A DNA stretch of 24,000 nucleotides from Bacillota bacterium (lineage in GTDB: Bacteria > Bacillota > Clostridia > Peptostreptococcales > Acidaminobacteraceae), in NCBI GenBank assembly GCA_025210655.1, contig JAOARG010000065.1, positions 5,959 through 29,958 of the forward strand, given 5' to 3'. Below are positions 1-9,454 of the stretch, piece by piece (the first letter of the stretch is position 1; every line of letters begins with the position of its first letter). The notes beneath the pieces were generated by a model. It ran no database searches and was not told the origin of the DNA. It saw only the letters and a program-made list of their open reading frames with translations. Made by a program: the position numbers and the translations under genes.

Positions 1-445
1 CTCCTAGTACTGCTGTAATACCTCCAGCTCTATCAAGTGGGCTAATTTGCTTAGGGTTCCCCTTAACTCTCAGATAATCTTTTCTATCACTATACATCAT
101 CTTATCCTTACCCGTTTGTGGGAATACTAGTAAATCATAAGTATCATCATTGATCCTATTTACTTCAAGAGCATGCATTATTTCTCCACCAAGTATTGAT
201 TCATATATGTCCAACACTGCATTTAGCTGACCACCTACAGGTACGACCGTAGTCTGATAACCGAGTCCTGTTAGATAACCATTTCTAGTATCCAACTTTT
301 TCATTTTTGTATCCTCAGCAGCCAAATCCTCAATATGCTCATTTAAGTTTTTTTGAACCTTTTTAATCATTTCGATTCTTTTCTCGATTGATGTTTGACT
401 CCACTTTTTTGAATCTAACCAATCTACTGCTTCTTTCGCTTTCAT
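1..445 (-). CDS. N-terminal part of a gene whose 3' end runs off the window; possibly an aldehyde dehydrogenase-superfamily enzyme (tentative)
   Basis: Not in the ORF track because it is cut by the window edge. On the minus strand an ATG at 445..443 follows GGAGGG (456..451) and opens a frame that stays open to position 1: MKAKEAVDWLDSKKWSQTSIEKRIEMIKKVQKNLNEHIEDLAAEDTKMKKL...RAGGITAVLG. The layout SxxxR...L...I.....eLA..d.. resembles the N-terminus of ALDH-type enzymes, but the catalytic motifs lie outside the window. Confidence 0.35.
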   Translation of the reverse strand, partial: MKAKEAVDWLDSKKWSQTSIEKRIEMIKKVQKNLNEHIEDLAAEDTKMKKLDTRNGYLTGLGYQTTVVPVGGQLNAVLDIYESILGGEIMHALEVNRINDDTYDLLVFPQTGKDKMMYSDRKDYLRVKGNPKQISPLDRAGGITAVLG

Positions 446-667
446 AATATCCCTCCAATTTATATACTTATAAATTACTATACCCATTGTTTTCCGATGT
501 TTATCTTAACTATATAATAATCCTCTTTCAGCAAACATCACATGGCGATAAACGTCAAAAACATTGCAATATATGACAAAAAATAATACTTTGTTCTTAT
601 ACATATGTATGAAAAAAGGAACTTCTAATATACATAATTAGAAATCCCTTTAAATAATTCACTTTAT

Positions 668-949
668 TTATTCCATATAAATAACTTTCTTTCCTTTTAT
701 CCTAGCATATTCTATTTCATTTGAAGTACTTTCACCAATATAACCATCAACATTAATCACATAAATAGCATCTGACAAATCAATTTTTTGACGATGGACT
801 TTATCAAGCATCTTTTCTATTTCCTCAGTAATATCTATACCTTGAAGATTTTCAATAGTAAATATTAGATGACCTTTAAGTGCAAGATTCTTTTGGACCT
901 CATCAATTTCTTTTCTAAACCTGGCACTGCCACACAAAGTTATAACCAT
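668..949 (-). CDS. small cytoplasmic protein, nucleoside 2-deoxyribosyltransferase-like fold family (function unknown)
   Basis: The ORF track starts at a TTG at 955, but GAGGGG sits only 1 nt from that codon. The ATG at 949 has 7-nt spacing and is the better start (MVITLCGSARF...). The pattern CGSxRF ... H..KI..SDAIYVIN..GYIGESTSNEIEYA recalls the small N-deoxyribosyltransferase-like family. It lies 21 nt downstream of the WG-repeat gene on the same strand. Confidence 0.5.
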   Translation of the reverse strand: MVITLCGSARFRKEIDEVQKNLALKGHLIFTIENLQGIDITEEIEKMLDKVHRQKIDLSDAIYVINVDGYIGESTSNEIEYARIKGKKVIYME

Positions 950-970
950 AATCAATCCCCTCTACGTTTC

Positions 971-2197
971 TCAATAATCCACTTTCAAAGTTTCCTTCTT
1001 AGGCATAATAATGGTCCCATCAAAGGTAATTATACCAGTAATTTTATCGCCGCCATCATAAGTGAATAAATCATCTCTAATAAAATAATCACTTCCGATT
1101 GGGCTATCTATCTCTTCTCCACTCTCAAATAATCTAATTTTACCTATTAATTCTTCTTTGTCATTATAATCACAGTAATCTATTCCTGAAGAATAAACAC
1201 TAATCCAGTCATAGCTCCTATCAAATACGGCTTTTCCATCTTCATCTAGTAAGAAATACTTACTTTCATGTAAAGTACTATATACCGTTAGCCTATAATA
1301 TCCCTTATTTTGGGCTTCAAAATATGAAACATTATACACATCATCTTCGTAATCAAAAACAGTTTTTCCCTTTTCATCTACGACTGACATATGATTATCC
1401 TTTATGACCCATACCTTTTTATTGTGATATTTCCCCATTTCATCATACTCTTCTGAAAGGATGACCCTATCCTTAAAATCAATTATCCCGTACTTTATTT
1501 TACCATCCTCTATCTTTCTTGTTCTTACTAAACCGTTTTCGGATATTAAATCAAATATTTCTCTCTTGCTTCTAAAAACAACTTCACCTTGTCTATTTAT
1601 TATAGCTGCAGAAGAATAGTCCCCTTCCCTTTCTAAAACCCATGCATAGTCTCCTATAAAGAGTCCTGCTGAAGCAAACTCTTTATCAAATAGATTATTA
1701 CCCTGACGATCTATAAATCCATAGGAAGTGTAATCACCTTTTACAAATCTATATATTGTCCCATCACCTGTATACAAATCACTGTATATTGGTTCAATTA
1801 CCCACTGACCTTTTTCATTTATAAGTCCGTAAAGATCAGTTTTAAAATCCCTTATTGCTGCTAAACCATCATAGAATCCATCATCTACAGCTGCTAAACC
1901 AACGAATCTATCTGGCTGGATAATTACATTACCTTCCATATCCATAAAGCCTTCTCCAACTGGACCCATACCAAACATACCTTTTTCACCTTTCATTTCG
2001 ACTAAAAAAGGTAATAATTCAGATATTTTATAATCTTCATTTTTATCTTCTAAACTATCATAATTTATTTCATAACTACTTTCTTCCTGAGCTGCTTCTT
2101 CGATATTTTTTTCTAACACTTCTACTTCGACTTCCTTTACACCACATGCTGATAATAAAGATATTGTAATCAATAGTACACTTATGTATTTCTTCAA
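971..2197 (-). CDS. WG-containing-repeat (KWG-type) lipoprotein
   Basis: TTG start at 2197, 6 nt after AGGAGG. Signal peptide with lipobox MKKYISVLLITISLLSAC-G. Repeated modules of the type YGLINEKGQWVIEPIY, YGFIDRQGNNLFDKEF, AAIINRQGEVVFRS and YGIIDFKDRVILSEEYDE are typical of WG/KWG repeats. Confidence 0.75.
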   Translation of the reverse strand: MKKYISVLLITISLLSACGVKEVEVEVLEKNIEEAAQEESSYEINYDSLEDKNEDYKISELLPFLVEMKGEKGMFGMGPVGEGFMDMEGNVIIQPDRFVGLAAVDDGFYDGLAAIRDFKTDLYGLINEKGQWVIEPIYSDLYTGDGTIYRFVKGDYTSYGFIDRQGNNLFDKEFASAGLFIGDYAWVLEREGDYSSAAIINRQGEVVFRSKREIFDLISENGLVRTRKIEDGKIKYGIIDFKDRVILSEEYDEMGKYHNKKVWVIKDNHMSVVDEKGKTVFDYEDDVYNVSYFEAQNKGYYRLTVYSTLHESKYFLLDEDGKAVFDRSYDWISVYSSGIDYCDYNDKEELIGKIRLFESGEEIDSPIGSDYFIRDDLFTYDGGDKITGIITFDGTIIMPKKETLKVDY

Positions 2198-2360
2198 TGT
2201 TTTCCTCCTAATGCTTAAGTGACTTAAATAATATCATTTTTTACCCATTAATTAAATATCCTCCTTAGTCATTTTATTTTTACGCTTTTTTAAACAATGC
2301 ATTATTATGTACTAGTAATACTATAAATTCTTTACACTAAAGAATTCTTCAAACATTACG

Positions 2361-2416
2361 TAAACATAAAAGATCCGGTATCAAAATCACAATTCACTGA
2401 AAATGATACCAGATCT
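2361..2416 (-). terminator. intrinsic terminator after the DUF4097-like gene (also has a T-run on the plus strand)
   Basis: 13-bp stem AGATCCGGTATCA (2371-2383) / TGATACCAGATCT (2404-2416), with one G-U pair on the minus-strand RNA. It is followed on the minus strand by TTTATGTTT and starts right after the stop codon at 2422. Confidence 0.7.
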
Positions 2417-2421
2417 TTTTT

Positions 2422-3720
2422 CTACTTATACTCTTCACCATCAATAAAAAGATATCCTTTAGAATATACTTCCCTTTTTAGCTTACTGGAAACTGTGTCT
2501 TGTGAATCAATTATTACTTCTGTATTTGGTCCATAAAGTTCTATTTTACCTCCACTTACAGAAGAAAAATCGCTATGTATTTTCATATTAGATCCTGAAA
2601 AAGCTTCTATTATAAGGTTATCTGATACTAATACACTACTGTTTATATTAATTTCAGAATTAAAACTTGATAACTTAATGCTTGTAGCTTTTATTCTACT
2701 TTCTATATCTGTGATTGCCTTATTGTAAGCTTCTATTTTCAATGTTTCTGAATCGAAAGCATCTGCTGACAAATACATATGAGAATCAAAATTCTCTATT
2801 TTACTGTTCGAGGATTCAATAATTCCTAATAGACTACATTTCGATTTATCATAGGTCTCTATCATTAAGTTATCAGATTTTATACGACTTTCCTCAGTCA
2901 ATATTAATTCAGAATTATATGTATCAATATTAGCACTATTATTTACTTCAATTTCTCCAAGTAAATCAAGCTTTGATTTACTGTATAACTCTATATTAAA
3001 AGAATCCGCTTCAATGCTTTTTAGTTTTCCATAGGAAGAATTATACATGTCCATATTGAATCTCCCATCTAACTTTACGGCTCCATTAAAAACCATTTTT
3101 GATTCATCAAACATTTCAATATTCATGCTAGATGCATTGATATCTTTACAATTAAAAGTAGACTTATAAAGTGACACATTTACATCATTGATTTTTTGGC
3201 TAGGAATAGTTACTTGACCATCCTTTGTTCTCAAATAAATATTTTTTATATTTCTAGGAATAGCAATATCATAATTCATAGTGATTTTAGTTTTATTCCT
3301 ATCGTAACAGTAATCATTCCATCTAAACTCATTCTCCATAACAAACCACATGTTTTTTTCTATATTTGCTCTATACACTTTCTTATTATCTATATAAGGT
3401 TCTATCATTAATTTACTTCCCGAACTCCCACAAGAACAATATTCAGTCATAAGAATATTAAAGTTTTCGAGCAATGATTTTGAATATTTACTTTTATTAT
3501 TCGAAGATACATTAGCATCTACAACAATTTCGTCTCCTTCAACAAACCTAATATTTACATTACCTTCATTCATAGGTATATACAATGTTCTTGCTTCTTT
3601 TACATCTTGTCTAAACGTATACTCTTTGTTTAGACCAGTCTCTGTACGTTCTTCACCATATGAAAATGTTCCTAATAAAACAACTATCATAAATATGTAT
3701 GTAATAATTTTCTTTATCAT
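2422..3720 (-). CDS. exported beta-strand repeat protein, DUF4097 / putative-adhesin-like
   Basis: ATG at 3720 after GGAGGAAAAA. N-terminal signal/anchor MIKKIITYIFMIVVLLGTFSYG. The C-terminal 250 aa consist of about 20-25-aa degenerate repeats (..S.KL.L.GEIE..NS.I...N..), as in DUF4097 beta-helix-type proteins. Ends in TAG. Confidence 0.55.
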   Translation of the reverse strand: MIKKIITYIFMIVVLLGTFSYGEERTETGLNKEYTFRQDVKEARTLYIPMNEGNVNIRFVEGDEIVVDANVSSNNKSKYSKSLLENFNILMTEYCSCGSSGSKLMIEPYIDNKKVYRANIEKNMWFVMENEFRWNDYCYDRNKTKITMNYDIAIPRNIKNIYLRTKDGQVTIPSQKINDVNVSLYKSTFNCKDINASSMNIEMFDESKMVFNGAVKLDGRFNMDMYNSSYGKLKSIEADSFNIELYSKSKLDLLGEIEVNNSANIDTYNSELILTEESRIKSDNLMIETYDKSKCSLLGIIESSNSKIENFDSHMYLSADAFDSETLKIEAYNKAITDIESRIKATSIKLSSFNSEININSSVLVSDNLIIEAFSGSNMKIHSDFSSVSGGKIELYGPNTEVIIDSQDTVSSKLKREVYSKGYLFIDGEEYK

Positions 3721-3908
3721 TTTTTCCTCCTATTTTTTGATGCATATAAATATTAACACTTCCTATCCAGAATACAATTCCAAATGATATAATTTATTAG
3801 TAATTTTATTAATTTTAATAAATCTTTAATTTTTATACTTGAAAATAGTAGTGAAAAAAATACATATTGTGACATGAGAATTTCAAATTGGACTTTTTTA
3901 GAAATCTG

Positions 3909-5288
3909 CTATTTTAATAGCCTTTTTATCAACTTTAATTTACCTTTTGAATACGGTGGAAAGGCAATGTCTAGGTTGATTTTGGTTGACTTATTTAATA
4001 TGCTTTTCATATGTGAAAAAGTTTTAAAGCTCATTTCTCCATGATAAGATCCCATACCGGCATGACCTACTCCTCCAAAAGGAAGATGATGACTATTGAA
4101 GTGACTAATTGTATCATTTATACAACTACCACCCGAACTTGTCTGGTTAATGATCTTATTTTGAATGAAGTTATCTTCAGAAAATACATATAAGGCTAAT
4201 GGTTTTTGCCTAATATTTATCTCCCTTATTACCATATCCAAATCACTATAAGTAATAATAGGCAGAATAGGACCAAATATTTCATCCTCCATTGATTTAT
4301 CACTCCACGTAGCATTATTTATAATAGTTGGGGAAATATATCTACTTTCTAAATCATAATCTCCACCAAAACATATTTTTTCCTTGTCCATCTCAATAAT
4401 GTCTATAAGACGTTTAGTATGTCTTTCATTTACTATTCTAGAAAAATCTTTAGAAGTTTTTATATTTTCACCATAAAACACTTTAATAGTATTAATAAAC
4501 TCTCTTAAAAATTCATCCGCGATACTTTCATCTAAATATATATAATCTGGAGCAACACATATTTGACCTGCATTAAAAAACTTTCCCCATGCTATTCTTT
4601 GACTTGCAACCTTTATATTGGCATTTTTATCAACTATACAAGGACTTTTCCCACCTAATTCTAAAGTAACAGGTATCAAGTTTTTACTTGCTGCTTCCAT
4701 AACAATTTTTCCAACTGGAACACTTCCTGTAAAGAAAATATAATCAAATGGCAAATTAATAAGTCTAGTGATGGTATCTCTTTCCCCTTCAATAACAGCT
4801 ATATAATTTTCAGGGAAAATTTCTTCAATCATACTCCTTATTACCCTAGACACATTTGGTGTTTGTTCAGATGGTTTAATTACCGAACAATTTCCAGAAA
4901 CTATTGCACCAATTAGGGGTTCTATTGCCAGATTGAACGGAAAATTAAATGGACCAACTATCAGTACCACTCCGTATGGTTCAGGCTTTATATAGCTTTT
5001 AGATCCAAATTGTGTAATAGGCGTCTTTACTTTTTTCTTCTTCATCCATTTTCTTAAATGTCTCATATTAAAGGATATACTACTTAGAACACTACCAATT
5101 TCTGCAGCATAACTTTCAAGTTCATGACGTCCCAAATCCACTTCAAGAGCATCGATTATTTCATCCTCATAATTTTTAATAGTATACTTCAGTTTCTTCA
5201 ACTGTTCTTTTCTAAAAGAAATACTTCTAGTGCTCCCAGTAAAATAATACTTTTTCATTTCATTAAGAATCCTTAATTCCTTAGACAT
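3909..5288 (-). CDS. NAD(P)+-dependent aldehyde dehydrogenase (class-3-like ALDH)
   Basis: 459 aa. ALDH motifs present: GPFNFPFNL, FTGSVPVGK, ELGGKSP (catalytic Glu), NAGQICVAPDY (catalytic Cys) and EEIFGPILP. AGGAGG RBS lies before the ATG at 5288. Confidence 0.9.
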   Translation of the reverse strand: MSKELRILNEMKKYYFTGSTRSISFRKEQLKKLKYTIKNYEDEIIDALEVDLGRHELESYAAEIGSVLSSISFNMRHLRKWMKKKKVKTPITQFGSKSYIKPEPYGVVLIVGPFNFPFNLAIEPLIGAIVSGNCSVIKPSEQTPNVSRVIRSMIEEIFPENYIAVIEGERDTITRLINLPFDYIFFTGSVPVGKIVMEAASKNLIPVTLELGGKSPCIVDKNANIKVASQRIAWGKFFNAGQICVAPDYIYLDESIADEFLREFINTIKVFYGENIKTSKDFSRIVNERHTKRLIDIIEMDKEKICFGGDYDLESRYISPTIINNATWSDKSMEDEIFGPILPIITYSDLDMVIREINIRQKPLALYVFSEDNFIQNKIINQTSSGGSCINDTISHFNSHHLPFGGVGHAGMGSYHGEMSFKTFSHMKSILNKSTKINLDIAFPPYSKGKLKLIKRLLK

Positions 5289-5333
5289 AAAACACCTCCT
5301 AGTTTTGAGTAATTACTAACCTTTAAACAAAAT

Positions 5334-5366
5334 AAAAACTGAATAATCTGAATTATTCAGTTTTTA
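5334..5366. terminator. bidirectional intrinsic terminator downstream of the HAD gene
   Basis: ACTGAATAAT (5338-5347) / ATTATTCAGT (5352-5361) with a 4-nt loop, flanked by an A-run on the 5' side and a T-run on the 3' side. Confidence 0.7.
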
Positions 5367-5396
5367 ATACCATATCAATAAAAGTAAAAGTTACTA

Positions 5397-6224
5397 TTAT
5401 ACTTCCTTATTATATATATTTTTATCAATCCAATTAATAAACTCCATTACAGCATGATTATCATGACCACTTACTATTATATCTACATTTTCTTTAATAT
5501 CATCGGGAGCATTGTCTGGTGCAGCACTAATATCAGCAACCATAAGCAACTCAACATCATTATAATAGTCCCCAATAGCATATATCTTTTCAATATTATC
5601 CGTAAGGCTTTCTACTAAAGCCTTTAAGCCGGTTCCCTTAGAAACTTTCCTCCCCATAATTTCAAGATATGATTTACCAGAATAAAAATACCTGAAAGTC
5701 TCTTGGTCCAGTCTTTCCAAGATTATCATTTCTATCTTTTTCAAGTCTTTTTGAGAACCATTAAATATTAATTTAATCCATGGTTCATTAATTTCTTCAA
5801 TATTCTTCTCTTCATACAGCTGATTTTCTTCTATAACTATTGGGTCAGGTCGTCCATTTGAATTTACAAAATATTGCATTTTACTAGTAGTTACCTGAAC
5901 ATTCATATGTGGTAGTTTATCCATTACTTCCTTTGCTATAGGTAGAAGTGTGCTGCTATCTATTGAATCTACATGAACAAACTCATTAGACCTGAAATCG
6001 TACACACCTGCACCATTAAAGAGTATCCAAGGAGCCACAACAGGTAATGCCTCTCTCATTTTATCAACACCAAGATGAGTTCTACCAGTTGCTCCACAAA
6101 ATATTCCACCATTATCTATATAATAATTGATTGCATCAATGTTTTCTTTAGAAATATTACCTTCTTTATTAATAAGCGTCCCGTCAAAATCAGAAATAAG
6201 AACTGAGTTTTTAAATTTACCCAT
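5397..6224 (-). CDS. Cof-type HAD-IIB family hydrolase (sugar-phosphatase-like)
   Basis: 275 aa. HAD motif I is SDFDGTL near the N-terminus and motif IV is GDYYNDVELL. The cap-domain size is typical of the Cof subfamily. Confidence 0.85.
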   Translation of the reverse strand: MGKFKNSVLISDFDGTLINKEGNISKENIDAINYYIDNGGIFCGATGRTHLGVDKMREALPVVAPWILFNGAGVYDFRSNEFVHVDSIDSSTLLPIAKEVMDKLPHMNVQVTTSKMQYFVNSNGRPDPIVIEENQLYEEKNIEEINEPWIKLIFNGSQKDLKKIEMIILERLDQETFRYFYSGKSYLEIMGRKVSKGTGLKALVESLTDNIEKIYAIGDYYNDVELLMVADISAAPDNAPDDIKENVDIIVSGHDNHAVMEFINWIDKNIYNKEV

Positions 6225-6295
6225 AAAATTGTACTTCCTTTCATATGGCTGTTATTTGATTTTACTGTACCATATATTTATTCTAGTGTATATAC

Positions 6296-6327
6296 ATTAA
6301 AAGACCTCTTTATCATCAAAAGAGGTC
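6296..6327 (-). terminator. intrinsic terminator after the 409-aa lipoprotein gene
   Basis: GACCTCTTT (6303-6311) / AAAGAGGTC (6319-6327), followed on the minus strand by TTTTAA. It lies 9 nt after the stop at 6336. Confidence 0.55.
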
Positions 6328-6335
6328 CCTACTAC

Positions 6336-7565
6336 TTATTCATTCTCTGTTTTTTCTACTTCGAAACTTTCTCCGTTCCAAATCAGTTGAATGTTGTATT
6401 TAATTTTTATATTCTCAAACTCTGGCTGCATCCAGGTATATGGTTCAGCTTTTAATACTCCATCTTCAATGAAGTACATTACAATGAAATCTTCTGGATT
6501 TTCCAACTTGTCCTTTTCATCAAGAAAATCATTAACATATAAATATGGAATCACACCGTAAAATTCTTTGCCTCCACTTGTTACTCCAATTGTCTTAATG
6601 CTTTTATCTTCATGTATTTCAAAAACTTCAATGTTATTAACCTTTCCAAAAGATGTTTCTACAGCTAAAATCGGATTATATACATTTATTTGAGGTAGAG
6701 AAATATTCATCATAAAATCACTTCCAAGTAGTGATATGGACTTTTCTGAGATATCAGTGATTTTTATATCCCTTTCACCATCTCTATATTTAAATACTTT
6801 TTTAGATAGTAATTTCTCCTTCTCTTCACCTGAAAGATTACCTTCTTCATATGGACTATATGGTACCGGAATATTTATGAATATCTCCGAAATATTTATA
6901 TCTGATTCTTCTTCATCCATTTTATAAATAATCTTCTGATTTCTAATTTCTTTCAAAATATTTTCTTCTGAATAATCACCATCCAGATTAAATTTGTTTA
7001 TACTAAAATACAATTCTTCATATTTTGAATCATAGTTCTTAACTATTATACTGTCTATATTATCCCTACTATTGTATATTTTTTTAGCTACTTCACTATA
7101 TATATCCTCTATCCTAGATCTTGAGTAATCTTCATCATGTTTTATAGAAAGTGTATACTGAAACTTCTCACCATTTTCAATTCTTTCTTTTAAGTTTTCG
7201 TCATCTTCAAAGGGTGAATCTAGATACATGGTTATTTGCTTTTCCTTAACATAATCACCTAAGACTTTGTAAACTTGAGCTTTTTCTTTATTTTCTAAAT
7301 CCGTTCTTAGATAATCATCATATATATTACCGCTTCTAATAAAAACCCTTATATCAATTTTAGGCAAACCCGTCTCATATGTAACTTGATATATATCTCC
7401 ATCAATCTTATAACTTGTGTCCAAATAGGTGAATTCCACACCTGGATAATTACTTGATAAATACTCAGAAGCAATTTTTTCATTATCCTTACTTTTCTGC
7501 CCACAAGCTCCAACGATTAAAATGAAACTTAATATTACTATCCCTAACAACACTTTTTTTCCCAT
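6336..7565 (-). CDS. lipoprotein of unknown function
   Basis: ATG at 7565 after AAAGGAG. Signal peptide plus lipobox MGKKVLLGIVILSFILIVGAC-G. The mature part is acidic and rich in Lys/Glu, and I recognise no family motif. Confidence 0.6.
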   Translation of the reverse strand: MGKKVLLGIVILSFILIVGACGQKSKDNEKIASEYLSSNYPGVEFTYLDTSYKIDGDIYQVTYETGLPKIDIRVFIRSGNIYDDYLRTDLENKEKAQVYKVLGDYVKEKQITMYLDSPFEDDENLKERIENGEKFQYTLSIKHDEDYSRSRIEDIYSEVAKKIYNSRDNIDSIIVKNYDSKYEELYFSINKFNLDGDYSEENILKEIRNQKIIYKMDEEESDINISEIFINIPVPYSPYEEGNLSGEEKEKLLSKKVFKYRDGERDIKITDISEKSISLLGSDFMMNISLPQINVYNPILAVETSFGKVNNIEVFEIHEDKSIKTIGVTSGGKEFYGVIPYLYVNDFLDEKDKLENPEDFIVMYFIEDGVLKAEPYTWMQPEFENIKIKYNIQLIWNGESFEVEKTENE

Positions 7566-7654
7566 TTAAGTCTCCTTTATAGTGTATTTAAAACATAGTA
7601 ATATTATTTCATTATTTTGTGTACATTTAATTACAAGAACCTTAAATAATTCTT

Positions 7655-7699
7655 AAATAAGAAAATAACTGATTGATTTGAACTAACAATCAATCAGTT
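7655..7699 (-). terminator. intrinsic terminator after the ABC operon
   Basis: 11-bp stem AACTGATTGAT (7667-7677) / ATCAATCAGTT (7689-7699), followed on the minus strand by ATTTTCTTATTT. It lies 6 nt after the TAG stop at 7705. Confidence 0.65.
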
Positions 7700-7704
7700 A
7701 TATA

Positions 7705-8652
7705 CTACTTAATTTCAGCAATTATAGATTTGATATCAATCTCTTTTTCTAGCATCCCATTTTCAAGAAGAAACTTTTGTGTCTTTTCAAGCTCTTCAAT
7801 ATCTTTATCAGTGATTGCAGGACTAAAATCATACCACTGATACATTGATTTTACTTCATCAACAGATATTCCTGTTTCTTCTGAAACCATTTCGTATGTC
7901 TTTTCGGGATTGTTTTTCATAAAATCAAGACTTTCATTGTGTACATTAAGATATGTTTTAACTATTTCTTCGTGATTATTAACCATATCTCCTGATGTTG
8001 CTATTACTATCGTTGCATCTAGAAGACCCTTACCATTAATTATTACTTTATTTCCTTCTTTCATTGCTTTTGTAACTGCTGGGCCAGCAACAAGTGCTGC
8101 ATCTGCATTTCCTGATGACATTGCTGCAAGACCTTCACTTATACCCATATTGATAAACTCAACATCATCCATGCTTAGTCCTTCATTTACTAGAGCACTT
8201 AAAAGTAATTGATGTAAGATCGTCCCCTTAGGACCAACAATCTTTTTGCCTTTCAAATCAGAAGTACCTTTTATATTTGTATCTCCAGACATTATAGTAA
8301 AAGCTTCCGGTGCCCTACTATAGATACCTATTATTTTTATATCAAGTCCATTGGCACCAGCTAATATTGCAGACGTTCCACCTAGAGCATTTGAAAAATC
8401 TAAGGCTCCAGCTGCCATTGCCTGAGTCATCTTTGATCCTTGAGTAATCTCTGAGAATGACACTTCAATGTCCTTTTCTCCAAAGGCTTTTTCAAATAAT
8501 TCTTCTTTCTTCTCAACAATTGATGGTACATTCAGTGGTAACTTTACATAGGATATGAATACCTGGTCTTTTTTAGCTACTCCTTTAGCAGTACACCCAG
8601 TAAAAACAAGAAGTGCTACCATCATAATAATTAATACTTTACTTTTTTTCAT
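7705..8652 (-). CDS. ABC transporter substrate-binding lipoprotein, NitT/TauT (SsuA / NMT1-THI5-like) family
   Basis: The ORF-track start at 8742 would overlap the ATPase gene. The internal ATG at 8652 follows AGAGG and gives a proper lipoprotein signal, MKKSKVLIIMMVALLVFTGC-T. The mature protein has NitT/TauT-type features (ALDFSNALGGTSAILAGANGLDIKIIG, KGKKIVGPKGT). Confidence 0.8.
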   Translation of the reverse strand: MKKSKVLIIMMVALLVFTGCTAKGVAKKDQVFISYVKLPLNVPSIVEKKEELFEKAFGEKDIEVSFSEITQGSKMTQAMAAGALDFSNALGGTSAILAGANGLDIKIIGIYSRAPEAFTIMSGDTNIKGTSDLKGKKIVGPKGTILHQLLLSALVNEGLSMDDVEFINMGISEGLAAMSSGNADAALVAGPAVTKAMKEGNKVIINGKGLLDATIVIATSGDMVNNHEEIVKTYLNVHNESLDFMKNNPEKTYEMVSEETGISVDEVKSMYQWYDFSPAITDKDIEELEKTQKFLLENGMLEKEIDIKSIIAEIK

Positions 8653-8701
8653 TAATTCAAACCTCTTTCTCGTTATTTTTTTAACATTGTTTCGGAAAAA
8701 T

Positions 8702-9454
8702 TTACTCCCTGAAAAATCCTCTTCCAAGTATTGAATCTTCAACTTGAGATTTTATCAACTGCATATTTTTCCCCTTAAAATCTTCTTTTAATTCCTCAGA
8801 AAGATATAAGTCATTTACAATTTGCCCATTACTTATTACTAATACTTTTTCCCCAAGATACAATGCTTCATCAATGTCATGGGTTACAAATATAATGGTC
8901 TTTTTTAAACTCTTTTGTATTTCTTTTATCTCATCCTGTAACCTTCTTCTATTATATATATCAAGTGCACCAAGTGGTTCATCCATTAATACTATATCCG
9001 GTTCATAGCAAAGAGTTCTTCCTAGAGCTACTCTTTGAGCCATACCACCTGAAATTTGCGAAGGATATAAATCTTTGTATTTATGTAAATCTAATATTTC
9101 TAAATAACTATCAACTTTCCTATTAACTTCAATAGAATCATTTTCTTTTAGAAGACTAAATCTGATATTCTCTTTTACAGTCAACCAGGGCATCAGTCTT
9201 GGCTCCTGAAAAACTACTGAAATCTTCGGCTTAATACTTTCACCTGATTTAGAAAGAAATCTTATATCCCCTTCACTTGATTTTTCAAGGCCTGACAGAA
9301 TTCTAAGTAAAGTCGTCTTGCCGCATCCACTCTTACCAACTATGGTAACAAAGCTACTGTCACTTATATCTAAATTAATATTCTTAAGGGCAGTTATCTC
9401 ACTTCCATCAGTACTGAATACTTTCCACAAGTTCCTTATCTCTATCTTTGCCAC
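8702..9454 (-). CDS. ABC transporter ATP-binding protein (NitT/TauT-type importer)
   Basis: GTG start at 9454. Walker A is GKSGCGKTT, the signature motif is ISGGMAQRVALGR, and Walker B is VLMDEPLGALD. It overlaps the 3' end of the permease gene by 47 nt. Confidence 0.9.
   Translation of the reverse strand: MAKIEIRNLWKVFSTDGSEITALKNINLDISDSSFVTIVGKSGCGKTTLLRILSGLEKSSEGDIRFLSKSGESIKPKISVVFQEPRLMPWLTVKENIRFSLLKENDSIEVNRKVDSYLEILDLHKYKDLYPSQISGGMAQRVALGRTLCYEPDIVLMDEPLGALDIYNRRRLQDEIKEIQKSLKKTIIFVTHDIDEALYLGEKVLVISNGQIVNDLYLSEELKEDFKGKNMQLIKSQVEDSILGRGFFRE

Noticed and set aside
617-650. Possible terminator hairpin TTCTAAT/ATTAGAA after the 93-aa gene
   Set aside because: The stem is 7 bp with a single G-C pair, and the T-run is displaced by 5 nt. 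That is too weak to call as a feature.
8653-8742. 30-codon N-terminal extension of the substrate-binding protein given in the ORF track (MKIQYLEEDF...)
   Set aside because: It would overlap the upstream ATPase gene and bury the lipoprotein signal peptide. The internal ATG at 8652 has an RBS and yields a canonical signal plus lipobox.
9408-9454. 47-nt overlap between the permease and ATPase genes as a sign of frameshift or mis-annotation
   Set aside because: Both frames carry full-length family-typical ends (IEIRNL... for the ATPase N-terminus). An AGGGG lies upstream of the GTG, and overlaps of this size occur in coupled ABC operons. There is no evidence of a frameshift.
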